Counted from the first letter of the stretch, positions 9,680 to 19,563 are shown. The stretch is DNA of 64,000 nucleotides from an uncultured Thermodesulfobacterium sp. (GCA_938091335.1 CALLJG010000011.1:1245-65244); one strand, 5' to 3'. The notes: generated by a model from the sequence alone, not told the origin. Numbers and translations: made by a program.

Positions 9680-10805
9680 TCAAATTAGAAAGCTCTTTAA
9701 AAAGTTTAATAGTTTCTCTTTTAAGAATTTCTGAGGAGAAGGCTTCTTTTATTCTTTCCTTGGCATTTTGTCCCATTATAATTCTTTCTTCTTCCGGTAA
9801 ATTTAGGATTTTTTCCATGGCTTCTGCCAATTTTTTTGTATCTCCTTTAGGGACTAAGAATCCAAAGCTTTTTTTAGTCTCAAAGAGATCTGGAAGTCCT
9901 TCTGCATCAGTTGCTATAATTGGAAGACCTGAAGCCATAGCCTCAAGCACAGCCATAGGCATCCCTTCTCTAAAAGTAGAATATACAAATACATCAAAAG
10001 CTTTTAAAAGTAAAGGGACTTCTAAAGGATCAACTTTACCTGTAAAAATCACTTTATTTTCTAAGTTTAAATCTTTTACCAATTTTTTACATTCTCCAAA
10101 AGTAGGCCCATCTCCTACTAAAATTAAAAGTACCCTATTTTCTTTTTTTTTGAGTTCATTAAAGGCTTTTATAAGCCCTTTTTGATTTTTATCTTTTCTA
10201 AATTGGGCTATCATTCCAAAAACAAAATTTTCCTTCTCTATTCCAATCCTCTCCTTTGCCCTTTCTTTAGCAAGATCTATACCAAATTCCGTTATGTCAA
10301 CTCCTGAATAAAAAATTTCAATTTCGTTTTCCAAAGCCAAGTTTTTCCTTATCAATTCCTCTTTTAGAGCAATACTATTTACTAAAATTTTATCTATATA
10401 TTTTTTAAACCTTCTAAACCAAAATCTTTGATGCCATTTTTTAATAGCTTCAGCTGCTACTACATGAAAAATTATTTTTAACTTAGGATAAAAAAATTTA
10501 CAAAACCAAAGATAACGAAGTAATTTATAGCGATGAGTCAGAACTATTTGAATATTTTTTTCTTTTAACAATCTTAACAAAGATAAAGCACACTTTAGAG
10601 AAAACCTTTTCATTATCTTTGGTCTAAGGAAGGGCAAAACTAAAGTATTTTCTTTTTCTACTCCCTTAGATAAAAAATAGCCTTTTTTAGCTTTTTCAAA
10701 AGTTATAATTTTAGGTTCAAAACCTGCCTCTTTGAGAGCTGAAAACTGAATATAATGTCTTCTATTTCCATAACCATCTAAGAAGAAAGCTACTTTTATC
10801 TTCAT
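9672..10805 (-). CDS. GT-B glycosyltransferase (family 4)
   Basis: Signature EGMPMAVLEAMASGLPIIATD. I prefer the start at ATG 10805 (MKIKVAFF), which forms an ATGA overlap with the stop of the upstream ligase-like gene. Confidence 0.8.
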   Translation of the reverse strand: MKIKVAFFLDGYGNRRHYIQFSALKEAGFEPKIITFEKAKKGYFLSKGVEKENTLVLPFLRPKIMKRFSLKCALSLLRLLKEKNIQIVLTHRYKLLRYLWFCKFFYPKLKIIFHVVAAEAIKKWHQRFWFRRFKKYIDKILVNSIALKEELIRKNLALENEIEIFYSGVDITEFGIDLAKERAKERIGIEKENFVFGMIAQFRKDKNQKGLIKAFNELKKKENRVLLILVGDGPTFGECKKLVKDLNLENKVIFTGKVDPLEVPLLLKAFDVFVYSTFREGMPMAVLEAMASGLPIIATDAEGLPDLFETKKSFGFLVPKGDTKKLAEAMEKILNLPEEERIIMGQNAKERIKEAFSSEILKRETIKLFKELSNLTN

Positions 10806-12091
10806 TTTTCCTTGTTTTCTTCGTATATTTTTGCAAAGCCCCAGATCATACCAGAGGCTATCCAAAAAGGAGTAAAACGTAACCCTTCTTCCATTCCCTC
10901 AAAAAGTGAAAGAACAAAAAAAGCTATTAAAAACAACATTAAGGAGGTAAAAAAGGGATTTTCTTTAGATATTTTCCAGAGTTCATAAGTTTTTTTAAAG
11001 CTCCAGAGATAGAAAAAAAGAAAAAGTAGGGCTGTATGCCAGCCTGCTTGAAGGGCAAGATTTAAAAATAACATATGGGCATGTTCAAGATAGAGAGCTT
11101 TTTTATTTGTCTCAGACAAGACCCTCTTTTGAACCCTTCTCCCAAGTCCTGTTCCAGAAAAAGGCTCCTCAAGTGATTTTTTAAAATAAATAGGCCAAAT
11201 ATAAAGCCTCATCCCCATAGAACCAGCTTGAGACCATTTTTCATAATCCAATGTTAAGAGCAAAGAAATATTATCTCGAGATTTAATTATGACTTCTTTT
11301 CCTTCAGGAGTACTTAAAAATATTCCAATAGCTAAAAAAATCGTCCAAATTGAAAAAAAAGCTAATTTTTTAATAATTTTATTTTGAGAAAAGAAAAGGA
11401 GAAATAAAAAAGATAAAAAAATTCCTAAAAGAGCTGCTCTTCTACCTAAATAAATTAAAAATGTAAAAATTAAAAGAGCTATCAAAAAATATAAATAACG
11501 CTTTTTGTTTTTAATATTTAAAGAAAGACCTAAAAAGATTAAAAAACCAAATACAAATGAAGGAACAGGTACTACACCCCCTTTTAATAGAGATTGGTTA
11601 ATATAAATTAAAGAAGAATTTAGCATACAAGATAATAAATAATTACATTTTTTAAACACATAAAAGTAATGATAAAAGATGCACGAAAGAATTATTGAGC
11701 CAAAGATATACCAAAAAAGAGAATTTAAAAAATAGATACCTTTTTGGTTATAGGCAAGAAGTAAAAAAAGAATAAAAAGAGATATATGAAAAAAATAATT
11801 TAAAAGAAAGGCTTCAAAAGATGCCATTTTATAAGGACTAATCAATACAAACCAAAAAAGAAAAATCAAAAAAATTAATAACACTATAGTAGGATAACGA
11901 AAATTATTAAATAGTATTTTCCAATTTTTTCTAACACAATAAAGAGATGCTAAAAAAAGAAAATAAAATCCGGACCATTGTAAGGTTTTAGTATGCTTAA
12001 AAAAGAAGGAGATGGATAAAAAGAACCATCCTAAATAAAAAAGAAGTATAAAAATTTTGTAAGAATTAATTCTAGCCCTTTTAATCCACAT
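10802..12091 (-). CDS. O-antigen ligase / O-antigen polymerase (Wzy_C) family membrane protein
   Basis: About 10-12 predicted TM helices, with a large loop carrying LEHAHMLFLNLALQAGW (the H-N/M-x-L...G motif of the Wzy_C domain). Confidence 0.7.
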   Translation of the reverse strand: MWIKRARINSYKIFILLFYLGWFFLSISFFFKHTKTLQWSGFYFLFLASLYCVRKNWKILFNNFRYPTIVLLIFLIFLFWFVLISPYKMASFEAFLLNYFFHISLFILFLLLAYNQKGIYFLNSLFWYIFGSIILSCIFYHYFYVFKKCNYLLSCMLNSSLIYINQSLLKGGVVPVPSFVFGFLIFLGLSLNIKNKKRYLYFLIALLIFTFLIYLGRRAALLGIFLSFLFLLFFSQNKIIKKLAFFSIWTIFLAIGIFLSTPEGKEVIIKSRDNISLLLTLDYEKWSQAGSMGMRLYIWPIYFKKSLEEPFSGTGLGRRVQKRVLSETNKKALYLEHAHMLFLNLALQAGWHTALLFLFFYLWSFKKTYELWKISKENPFFTSLMLFLIAFFVLSLFEGMEEGLRFTPFWIASGMIWGFAKIYEENKEK

Positions 12092-12140
12092 TCCAGATTT
12101 CTATAAACTCATACCATTTTAAATATTTTAGAAGTAATTT

Positions 12141-13631
12141 TTAGTTTCTGTTATTATACCATACTGAGATTAAAAAAAGCCTTAGAATCAAATTTTTAGC
12201 TAATTTACTAATAGACTGATTTTTTGATAGAGCTTTTTTACTTAGTCTTTGGAAAATTCTTATTAAATCCTTTTTTTCCCAGAGATTACATGAAAATATT
12301 TCTTCTTTAACAAAAGATTCCATTTTCATCAATAACGAAAAAGCATCAAAGGGATAAGAAAATTTACGAGGCTTGTCTACTTCATAATTTAGTTTTTCTT
12401 TTAAAATTTTTCTAAAAAGAAGTTTATTTTTAAAATATTTTCTATCAAAAAGTTCTTTTTCAGGAAGGGTTGCTAAGTATCAAGCAATTTTTTTATCAGT
12501 AAAAGGAAAAATAAGATTTGCATCGCAAAATTCAGCAAAAATTCTTACCTTTCTCATTACATTTCCGTATTCTACATGAGTAGCCCAGAGATCACCTTTT
12601 AAATCAAAATAATCCCAATTTTTTCTCTTTTCATCTTCCTTTTTCCAAAAAGGAAATACAGGGTTAGCTTGTGAAAAGAGTTTTTTGGCATCTGAATAGG
12701 TAAATCCGTTTAATCCAATCCATTCAGACCTGGTTAAAGCAATTTTTTGGAAAAAATTTCCAGTAGGCAGGTTATCTGCTAAAGACCTTAAAAATAAAAA
12801 TTTAGTATAAATTTTTTGTCTTTGATATTCAATTTTTCTTGGAATATGGCCTGTAAAGACATCAACCCCACTACCATCAATAATATTAACACCTTTAAAA
12901 TCAAACTCCATAGCATAAAAAGGGATATACTAAAGAAACACCATCTGTACAAGGAAGAAGCATATTTTTAAAATAGTTTCTCAAAAATTCTATATGAGTG
13001 TTTGTGATTTTTTCAGGAATATTAAATATGATATGTTTTAATCCCATCTTTTTAGCAAGTTCCTTAGCTATATAACTCTCATCTTTATTAGGAGGACTTT
13101 TAAAGTGAAACAAATAACTTTATCTCTAAGATCAGATTCTGCTAAAGCTAAGGCAATAACATTTGCTATCTTTTCCAGCACTATGAAAAAAGAAGATTTT
13201 TTTCTAATTGAATCCTTTTTAAAATAGCCTTTTTAAAAGATTTAAAAAGTAGGAAATATTAACATTTTTTTCCTGTTCTCGATAGGTGTGAAAATATAAA
13301 TATTTATGTTTAAAAAAAGCTCTATTTTATTGTTAATGTTTTGCACTTCTACTTCATCTCCTAAGCTTAAAACAAAAAGATTTTTAAATATAGTAAAAGG
13401 AGTAGGTATAATACCACTTTGGAGAAGAAAGGAAATACCATCTTCCCAAATCTCTAAAGGTTTAATAACTTTTAAAGAATTTAAGAGTGTTTTAAGATTT
13501 TCGGAATACAATAAATAATCTTTATTTGGAGAAAGGTAGATATAAAGTGGTTTTTCTCCAGTTATAGGACCTTTAAGGATATAAGGACAATTTTCTGGAA
13601 AGATTTTTTTAATTTCTGAATTTAAATACAT
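12141..13631 (-). pseudogene. Asparagine synthase (AsnB/PP-loop amidotransferase)-like gene disrupted by several frameshifts and stops
   Basis: Four collinear minus-strand ORF fragments. My hand translation of 13114-13241 gives a degenerate PP-loop FFHSAGKDS (compare LSGGLDS). A frame change gives ANVIALALAESDLRDKVICFTLK, and another gives SPPNKDESYIAKELAKKMGLKH. C-terminal fragments (FPFTDKK, KPRKFSYPFDAF) continue in the AsnB order. Confidence 0.55.
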
Positions 13632-13705
13632 TTTTCATTAATATTTTTAATTTAGCAGCTTAAAATTTTATTGTAAAGCAGGGTATTGAGAATTAAAATA
13701 ATATT

Positions 13706-14761
13706 GTGAAAAAGATCTTGCTTCTTAGACCTAAAATTGGTTTTGGGCTGGGAGGGGCAGAAAGTCATGCAGCTGAAGTTGCGGTTAAACTTTTAGAAAA
13801 AGATTTTAAAGTAGGAATAATTGCTAATAAAATTTCTTTTTCTAGTGAAATTCAGAGATCTTTAGAATTTTATCCTGTTAAGATTAAGGGTTTTGGATCT
13901 GTGGTAAAACAAATTCTCTTTATTATTCAAGCAAATCAAATTCTTTCAAAAATTAAATATGATTATATTATAAGTTTTTTTCGATTTCCAGGAGCAGATC
14001 TTTTTATTCTTTGTGATCCTTTATTTGCTTTTTTAGTGAAACAAAAAAAACCTCTTTTATGGAATTTGCGACCTCGCTACAAGATACTTTTAAATTTAGA
14101 AAAAAAGGCTTTATTTTCAGCAAAAAAGATTATATCTTTGTTTAATTTGGGAAAAGAACTTATCTCTCAGTTTTATCCTCAAGTTTTTCAAAAAGTTTTT
14201 GTATGTTATAGGGGTATAGATTTTAAAAGATTCAATCCTCAACTTAAGGAAAAAAAGAAAATTTTTAAAAAAAATTTTGGTTTTAAAGAAGAAGATTATC
14301 TTTTACTTTTTGTAGGATTTGATATAAAAAGAAAAGGGCTTAATCTTTTACTTGAAATCATGCCTAATCTTCCAAAAAATGTTAAGCTTCTTATTGTGGG
14401 AAAACATGGGATTTCTAATGAAAGGATTTTTTATTTAGGAAAAGTTAAAGAAGTTGAAAAATTTTATGCTATGGCAGATCTTTTTGTTTTACCTACTTTT
14501 TATGATCCAGGTGCTATGTCTACTTTAGAAGCTTTAGCATCAGGTACCCCTGTCATTACCTCTATTTATGATGGAACAAGTGAATTTATTAAGGAAGGAA
14601 TAAATGGGTATGTTACTAACCTTAAAAAAGAAGATTTAAAAGATAAAATTTTAAAAGCAATGAAAAAAGATTTTGATCCACAGATTTGTTATAATTCTAT
14701 AAAACATTTAACTTGGGATAATTATGTGGAATGTCTTATCCACCATATTTCAAGAATATAA
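13706..14761 (+). CDS. GT-B glycosyltransferase (family 4, RfaG-like; GTG start)
   Basis: LEALASGTPVITS and the E-x7-E region are present. 351 aa. Confidence 0.8.
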   Translation: MKKILLLRPKIGFGLGGAESHAAEVAVKLLEKDFKVGIIANKISFSSEIQRSLEFYPVKIKGFGSVVKQILFIIQANQILSKIKYDYIISFFRFPGADLFILCDPLFAFLVKQKKPLLWNLRPRYKILLNLEKKALFSAKKIISLFNLGKELISQFYPQVFQKVFVCYRGIDFKRFNPQLKEKKKIFKKNFGFKEEDYLLLFVGFDIKRKGLNLLLEIMPNLPKNVKLLIVGKHGISNERIFYLGKVKEVEKFYAMADLFVLPTFYDPGAMSTLEALASGTPVITSIYDGTSEFIKEGINGYVTNLKKEDLKDKILKAMKKDFDPQICYNSIKHLTWDNYVECLIHHISRI

Positions 14762-15485
14762 AATAAAAGTTTTAGAAACTTCTTGTGATTTAGAGAATAT
14801 TTTATTCCCTCAAATTATAAAAAAAGGAAAAACCAATTCTAATATTCTTTTAATAGATTGCTTTAAAAAAGAACCCCTCTTTTTTACTAAAATTTATCTT
14901 ACTAAAATCTTTACTAAAAATAGAATAAAAAAAATTTGGAAAATTATTAATAAATTGGAAGATTTAAAAATTCCAATTATTAAACCAGTTGCTATTTTTT
15001 ATCTTTTACCTCAAAAAGCTTATTTTTTAAAAAAGAAATTTTATGGAGGATTAATTTATCCTTTCATAAAAAATGGATTTATTGATGAAAAGAAGATTTT
15101 TGAATTTAAGCAGAAAAATATATATGAAAAATTTTTAAAGGATATAATTCAATTTTTGTTTTTTCTTCATGAAAAGGGAATTCTTCTTAGAGATACTAAA
15201 TATAACAATTTTTGGTATGAAGAACAAACAGGTTCAGTTAAAATATTTGATCTGGATGGAATTAAAATATTTAAAGAGTCTCTTTTTAAAAAACTAAGAC
15301 TTAAAGATCTTTCTACTTTTGCCATGTCTTTGGAATGGATTTTAAACCAAAAACAAGAAAGAAAAAACATATTTCTCCTTTATTCAAACCTTTATCCTTA
15401 TTTTAATACAAAAGATTTAAAATTATTTGAAAAATATGTAGAAAATAAACATTTTAAAAGAAAAATAGGTAGATCAAATAAATAG
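14724..15485 (+). CDS. Second lipopolysaccharide kinase (Kdo/WaaP)-like protein; start uncertain
   Basis: LHEKGILLRDTKYNNFWY (catalytic-loop-like) followed by KIFDLDG (DxD/DFG-like). It lies in an LPS-cluster context. Confidence 0.55.
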   Translation: MWNVLSTIFQEYKIKVLETSCDLENILFPQIIKKGKTNSNILLIDCFKKEPLFFTKIYLTKIFTKNRIKKIWKIINKLEDLKIPIIKPVAIFYLLPQKAYFLKKKFYGGLIYPFIKNGFIDEKKIFEFKQKNIYEKFLKDIIQFLFFLHEKGILLRDTKYNNFWYEEQTGSVKIFDLDGIKIFKESLFKKLRLKDLSTFAMSLEWILNQKQERKNIFLLYSNLYPYFNTKDLKLFEKYVENKHFKRKIGRSNK

Positions 15486-15498
15486 AATTTTCAGAATC

Positions 15499-17124
15499 TT
15501 AAAATTTACCAGTATAAATAAGGTAATAGGGTTTTCCTCTAATATCCAAGGAAATAACTTTTAAGTTTTTATTTTTTATTCCCCCATAATCTTTTACATA
15601 ATCTTTTACATGAAAAAGAATAAAACTGTTTTCTGGAAGATTATCACAGTCATTTAGATAACTTATTTTATCTATTAATTTAAAGCGATATCTAAGATAA
15701 TAAATAACATGATGTGGCATAGTTTTGCAAAGATAAAGCTCCTTTTTATTTTTTGTTATTTCCGCAATTTTGAAAGCTGCTTTGCGAAAATGATTCATTT
15801 CTATTTGGTGAAAAGAATAGTAAAAAGTAACATAAAGTTGTTTTATTAAAAAAACATAAATAATAAGATACCAAAAAAAGGAATAAGAAGAAAAACTCTT
15901 TCTTAAAATAATGAAAACATTTAATATTATAAAAAGCAAACAAAATAGATAGAAATAGGAAGAGATTTGTGAATAGTTTTTGAAAGAATAAAAAAAGAAA
16001 CCTGTTCCTATAACAAGGCTAAGAAAAGGTAAGACTTTTGCAAGAAAAAAGTTTAATTTTTTAGAGAAATGGGCTGATTTAAGAAGAAAATAGATACTTA
16101 AACTTGAAAGAAAAACAAAGCCACCTACAGAAGGAAGGATATATCTAAATCTTGCACCAAAAAAGAAAAAGTGAAAGATATATGAAAGACCAAAACATAG
16201 ACCTGAATAAACCCAAAGCTTGTTTAAGGTAGGTTGCATCTTTAGAAAGTGGCGAAAATCTGATTTTCTATACAAAAGGAGAAAATAAATCCAAGGGGAA
16301 AAGCCAAGTAGTGCAAAAAGAGTAAAACTTTTTAAATGTTGAAGAGGGGTCATTTCTTTAGCTAAAGCAACTGATTTATATTCTTCTAACCAAGCCTTTA
16401 TAAAAGGCTCTATTCCAACTTTAGTGGAAACAGGAATAGTCCAGGCTAAAAAAATAATTATAATAGTAAATATCCCGATGAGGTGAGAAAAAGTAAAAAT
16501 TTCTTTCCATCTTTTTTGGATTAAAAGATAGGCTAAATAAGGTAAATAAAAAAAAATCAAAGCTTGAAAAGTTTTTGTTAAAATACCTAATCCAAGGAAT
16601 ATACCACAAAAAAGAAAGGCTATATTTTTTTTGAGCTTTATTTCATAAAAATAAAACCATCCAAAAAGTGCAAAAGTTATAAGCATAGTATAAAAAGCAT
16701 CGATTTCTGCTCTAAGAGCTTTGTCTATAACTTCAGGAGTTGTTAGAAAAATAAGCCCAGGGATCATATAAATAGTAAGAGAAGGAGGTTTTTTTCTTTC
16801 TAAGGATCTTATTATTTCTCCCCATAACAAAGTTAAAAAGATGCAAGCTATTAGAATAGAAAGAGAAGATAATGCTCTTGCTGAGAATTCAGAGTAATCA
16901 TTTATAAGTTTAAAGAAAAAAGCTAAAACCCAATTAAAAAGAGGTGGTTTGTTAAAATAAGGTTCTTCAAATAGCTGAGGGTAAAGATATTCATTTTTTT
17001 CAAGCATTTCAAGAGCTATTAAAACTCTTCTGCCTTCTTCACCTTGGAATTCCTTCTTTCCTAAAAAAGGAAGATAAAGGGCAAGTCCAAATAAAATGAG
17101 AAATATTAAAATATTTTTTTTCAT
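15499..17124 (-). CDS. ArnT/PMT-family (GT-C, GT39/GT83-like) membrane glycosyltransferase
   Basis: N-terminal EGRRVLIALEMLEKNEYLYPQLFEEPYFNKPPLFNW is the typical first-loop signature. There are more than 10 TM helices across 541 aa. Confidence 0.8.
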   Translation of the reverse strand: MKKNILIFLILFGLALYLPFLGKKEFQGEEGRRVLIALEMLEKNEYLYPQLFEEPYFNKPPLFNWVLAFFFKLINDYSEFSARALSSLSILIACIFLTLLWGEIIRSLERKKPPSLTIYMIPGLIFLTTPEVIDKALRAEIDAFYTMLITFALFGWFYFYEIKLKKNIAFLFCGIFLGLGILTKTFQALIFFYLPYLAYLLIQKRWKEIFTFSHLIGIFTIIIIFLAWTIPVSTKVGIEPFIKAWLEEYKSVALAKEMTPLQHLKSFTLFALLGFSPWIYFLLLYRKSDFRHFLKMQPTLNKLWVYSGLCFGLSYIFHFFFFGARFRYILPSVGGFVFLSSLSIYFLLKSAHFSKKLNFFLAKVLPFLSLVIGTGFFFYSFKNYSQISSYFYLFCLLFIILNVFIILRKSFSSYSFFWYLIIYVFLIKQLYVTFYYSFHQIEMNHFRKAAFKIAEITKNKKELYLCKTMPHHVIYYLRYRFKLIDKISYLNDCDNLPENSFILFHVKDYVKDYGGIKNKNLKVISLDIRGKPYYLIYTGKF

Positions 17125-17138
17125 TTACATAAATTAAC

Positions 17139-17363
17139 CTATTTTCTAAATAGAAGATTTAAAAGAAGAGTTAAAATAAGACTCAAAAGGATAGAAGTTC
17201 CTAAAGGAAAATAAAAAGTGAAATTCCCTTTTTTTATATAAATATCTCCAGGGAGTTTTCCTAAATAAGGAAATTTTGGAATAAAGGTAAATAGTAACCC
17301 TAAAATAATTATCAAACATCCTAAAATTATTAAAAACTTTCCTAATTCAGAGAATTCCCCCAT
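17139..17363 (-). CDS. Small membrane protein, DUF2905 family
   Basis: 74 aa with two TM segments and the characteristic LPGDIYIKKGNFTFYFPLGTSILLS core. Confidence 0.6.
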   Translation of the reverse strand: MGEFSELGKFLIILGCLIIILGLLFTFIPKFPYLGKLPGDIYIKKGNFTFYFPLGTSILLSLILTLLLNLLFRK

Positions 17364-17401
17364 ACTTTTAAAATTTAAAAACCTTTTTTAAAATTACAAG
17401 T

Positions 17402-18196
17402 ATGATTATATCCTTTTTGCCAACCTTTAAGGGAGATATTAATTTTTTTCAATTTGAGCCTTTAGATGAAAAATTTTTAAATGCGCTTAATAAAGCAAAG
17501 GCAGTAATTTTTCCTCCCACTATATCTTCTGATATTTATTTTTTGGTTAAAAACTTGGGAATTTCAGTTTTTCCAGAATACACCTTTAGATTTTTATTTC
17601 CTGGTAAAATAGGACAAATTATGCTCTTAAAACTTTTAAATTTGCCTCATCCTGAAACTATAGTTATTCCAAGACTTTGTGGCATAGAGGAAAATCCTTA
17701 CCAAAGAAATTTTAAGATAAAATTGCCTTGTGTAATAAAAGGAAATTATGGAGATGAGGGAAGAGAAGTATTTTTGGTAAATAATGAAGAGGAATTTAAA
17801 AAAGTTTTAGAGATTATAAAAGCTTGGGAAAGAAATGGTAAATTTGGTTTTCTTATTCAAGAATATATTCCTTCAGAATTTGACGCAAGAAGCTTTGTTA
17901 TTGGAGAAAGAATTTTAATATGTTTTAGAAAAGGAGGATTCAAAAAAAATCTTGCTCAAGAAGGAAAAATTATTTCTTGCCCTAAAAGATCCTTGAAAGA
18001 TAAAGTTTTAGATCTTACTAATACCATAATAAAGAATACTCATTTTAATTTGGTAGCTATAGATTTTTTATTTAAAGATGAAACTCCACTTATTAGTGAA
18101 TTTAATTTTGTATTTGGGAGAAGGGCTTTAGGTGAAAAAAGATATGAAATTTATCTCAAAAAAGCTATTAAAGATTTTTTAGAAAAAATAGTATGA
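17402..18196 (+). CDS. ATP-grasp (RimK-like) family protein
   Basis: ATP-grasp core elements: LPCVIKGNYGDEGREVFLV, FLIQEYI, ARSFVIG, and AIDFLF...ISEFN. Confidence 0.65.
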   Translation: MIISFLPTFKGDINFFQFEPLDEKFLNALNKAKAVIFPPTISSDIYFLVKNLGISVFPEYTFRFLFPGKIGQIMLLKLLNLPHPETIVIPRLCGIEENPYQRNFKIKLPCVIKGNYGDEGREVFLVNNEEEFKKVLEIIKAWERNGKFGFLIQEYIPSEFDARSFVIGERILICFRKGGFKKNLAQEGKIISCPKRSLKDKVLDLTNTIIKNTHFNLVAIDFLFKDETPLISEFNFVFGRRALGEKRYEIYLKKAIKDFLEKIV

Positions 18197-19563
18197 GAAA
18201 AAAGTCTTTTTTTGTAAAAACTCTTGGGTGTAAGGTAAATCAAGTAGAAAGTGCCTATATCTTAGAAAAATTAAATCAAGAAGGTTTTTTTTTAGAAAAT
18301 GAAGACAAAGCTGATATTTTGATTTTAAATAGTTGTGCTGTTACAGAGAAAGCAGATAAAGAGGTTTATAAAATTTTAAAAAAATGGTTAAGGTTTAATC
18401 CTCAATTAATTGTATTAGCAGGATGTTATTCTCAAAAATTTTCTCATACTGCATATCTTTTTGCGAAAAAATTCAACATGAATAATTTTCTTATACTTGG
18501 GCATAGAGAAAAATTTAGAATTTCAGAAATATTAAAAGAGGTTTTAGAAAAAGAAAAACTTAAACTTCCTCTTGTTTTAGTAGGAGATGTTTTTCAGGAC
18601 AAAATTTGTGAGCCCTTATTTATTCATAAATTTTTTGGTCATTCAAGAGCTTTTGTAAAAGTACAAGACGGGTGCGATAATTTTTGTAGTTATTGTATTG
18701 TTCCCAATGTAAGAGGAAAACCAAGAAGTGTAAGTTTAGAAAATGTTTTAAAACAGATTGAAATTTTTATAAATGAAGGATATGAAGAGATAGTATTAAC
18801 AGGGATCCATCTTGGTAAATGGGGAGTTGACCTAAATCCTCCCAAAAAATTAACTGATCTATTAATAGAAATAGAAAGGTTTTTAAAATCTTTTAATAAA
18901 AATTTTCACTTAAGGCTTTCTTCTATAGAAGTTAAAGAAATAGACAAAGACTTTCTAGAATTTCTTAAAAATAGCAATTTCATTGTTCCTCATTTTCATA
19001 TTCCTTTACAAAGCGGTTCTAACAAAATTTTAAAACTTATGAATAGAGACTATACAAAAGAAGAATATTTAGAAGTTCTTAACAAGCTTTATGAAATTTT
19101 TCCTCATGCTACTTTTGGTGCAGATGTGATTGTAGGTTTTCCTGGTGAAGAAGAAAGAGATTTTAATGAAACCTATAAAGTGATAAAAGAATCTCCTTTA
19201 AATTGGCTTCATATATTTCCTTTTTCTTCAAGACCAGGGACTTTTGCTGAAAGCCTTAATCCTAAAGTTTCTCCTGGAGAAATAGAAAAAAGAAAAAAAA
19301 TTTTAAAAGAATTGATTAAAGAAAAAAGACAAAAATTTTTAGAAAAAGAAATAGGAAAAGTAAGAAGGATTCTTCTTGAATATTTTGATAAAAACACAAA
19401 TATGTGGAAGGCACTATCAGAAAATTATATTTCTAATTTTGTGAAAATAGGAAAAGAATTCTATTTTTTTCCAGGGAAAATTGTTAAAGTAAAATTTAAA
19501 GAATTAAAGGGAGACTATTTGATCGGAGAACCCCTTAAAAATTTCCAAAACAAAAATATATAA
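18193..19563 (+). CDS. mtaB: MiaB-family radical-SAM methylthiotransferase, MtaB-like
   Basis: UPF0004 N-domain TLGCKVNQVES, the radical SAM motif CDNFCSYCIVP, and a C-terminal TRAM-like region. Confidence 0.8.
   Translation: MRKKSFFVKTLGCKVNQVESAYILEKLNQEGFFLENEDKADILILNSCAVTEKADKEVYKILKKWLRFNPQLIVLAGCYSQKFSHTAYLFAKKFNMNNFLILGHREKFRISEILKEVLEKEKLKLPLVLVGDVFQDKICEPLFIHKFFGHSRAFVKVQDGCDNFCSYCIVPNVRGKPRSVSLENVLKQIEIFINEGYEEIVLTGIHLGKWGVDLNPPKKLTDLLIEIERFLKSFNKNFHLRLSSIEVKEIDKDFLEFLKNSNFIVPHFHIPLQSGSNKILKLMNRDYTKEEYLEVLNKLYEIFPHATFGADVIVGFPGEEERDFNETYKVIKESPLNWLHIFPFSSRPGTFAESLNPKVSPGEIEKRKKILKELIKEKRQKFLEKEIGKVRRILLEYFDKNTNMWKALSENYISNFVKIGKEFYFFPGKIVKVKFKELKGDYLIGEPLKNFQNKNI

Noticed and set aside
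9760-10185. A 141-aa ORF inside the GT4 gene. The same applies to other nested ORFs: 2708-2893, 4296-4478, 13306-13518, 15167-15370, 15746-15943, 16421-16609, 19209-19397, 21757-21948, 25183-25392, 26716-26898, 26994-27248, 28190-28462, 36249-36452, 37390-37602, 40419-40763, 41518-41712, 47974-48165, 50591-50803, 55063-55284, 58793-59057, 59873-60372, 60545-60760, 61121-61642 and 63639-63881.
   Set aside because: All are embedded in or antisense to genes with clear family signatures. They have low-complexity or Ser/Phe/Ile-rich translations and no RBS, so they are typical shadow ORFs.
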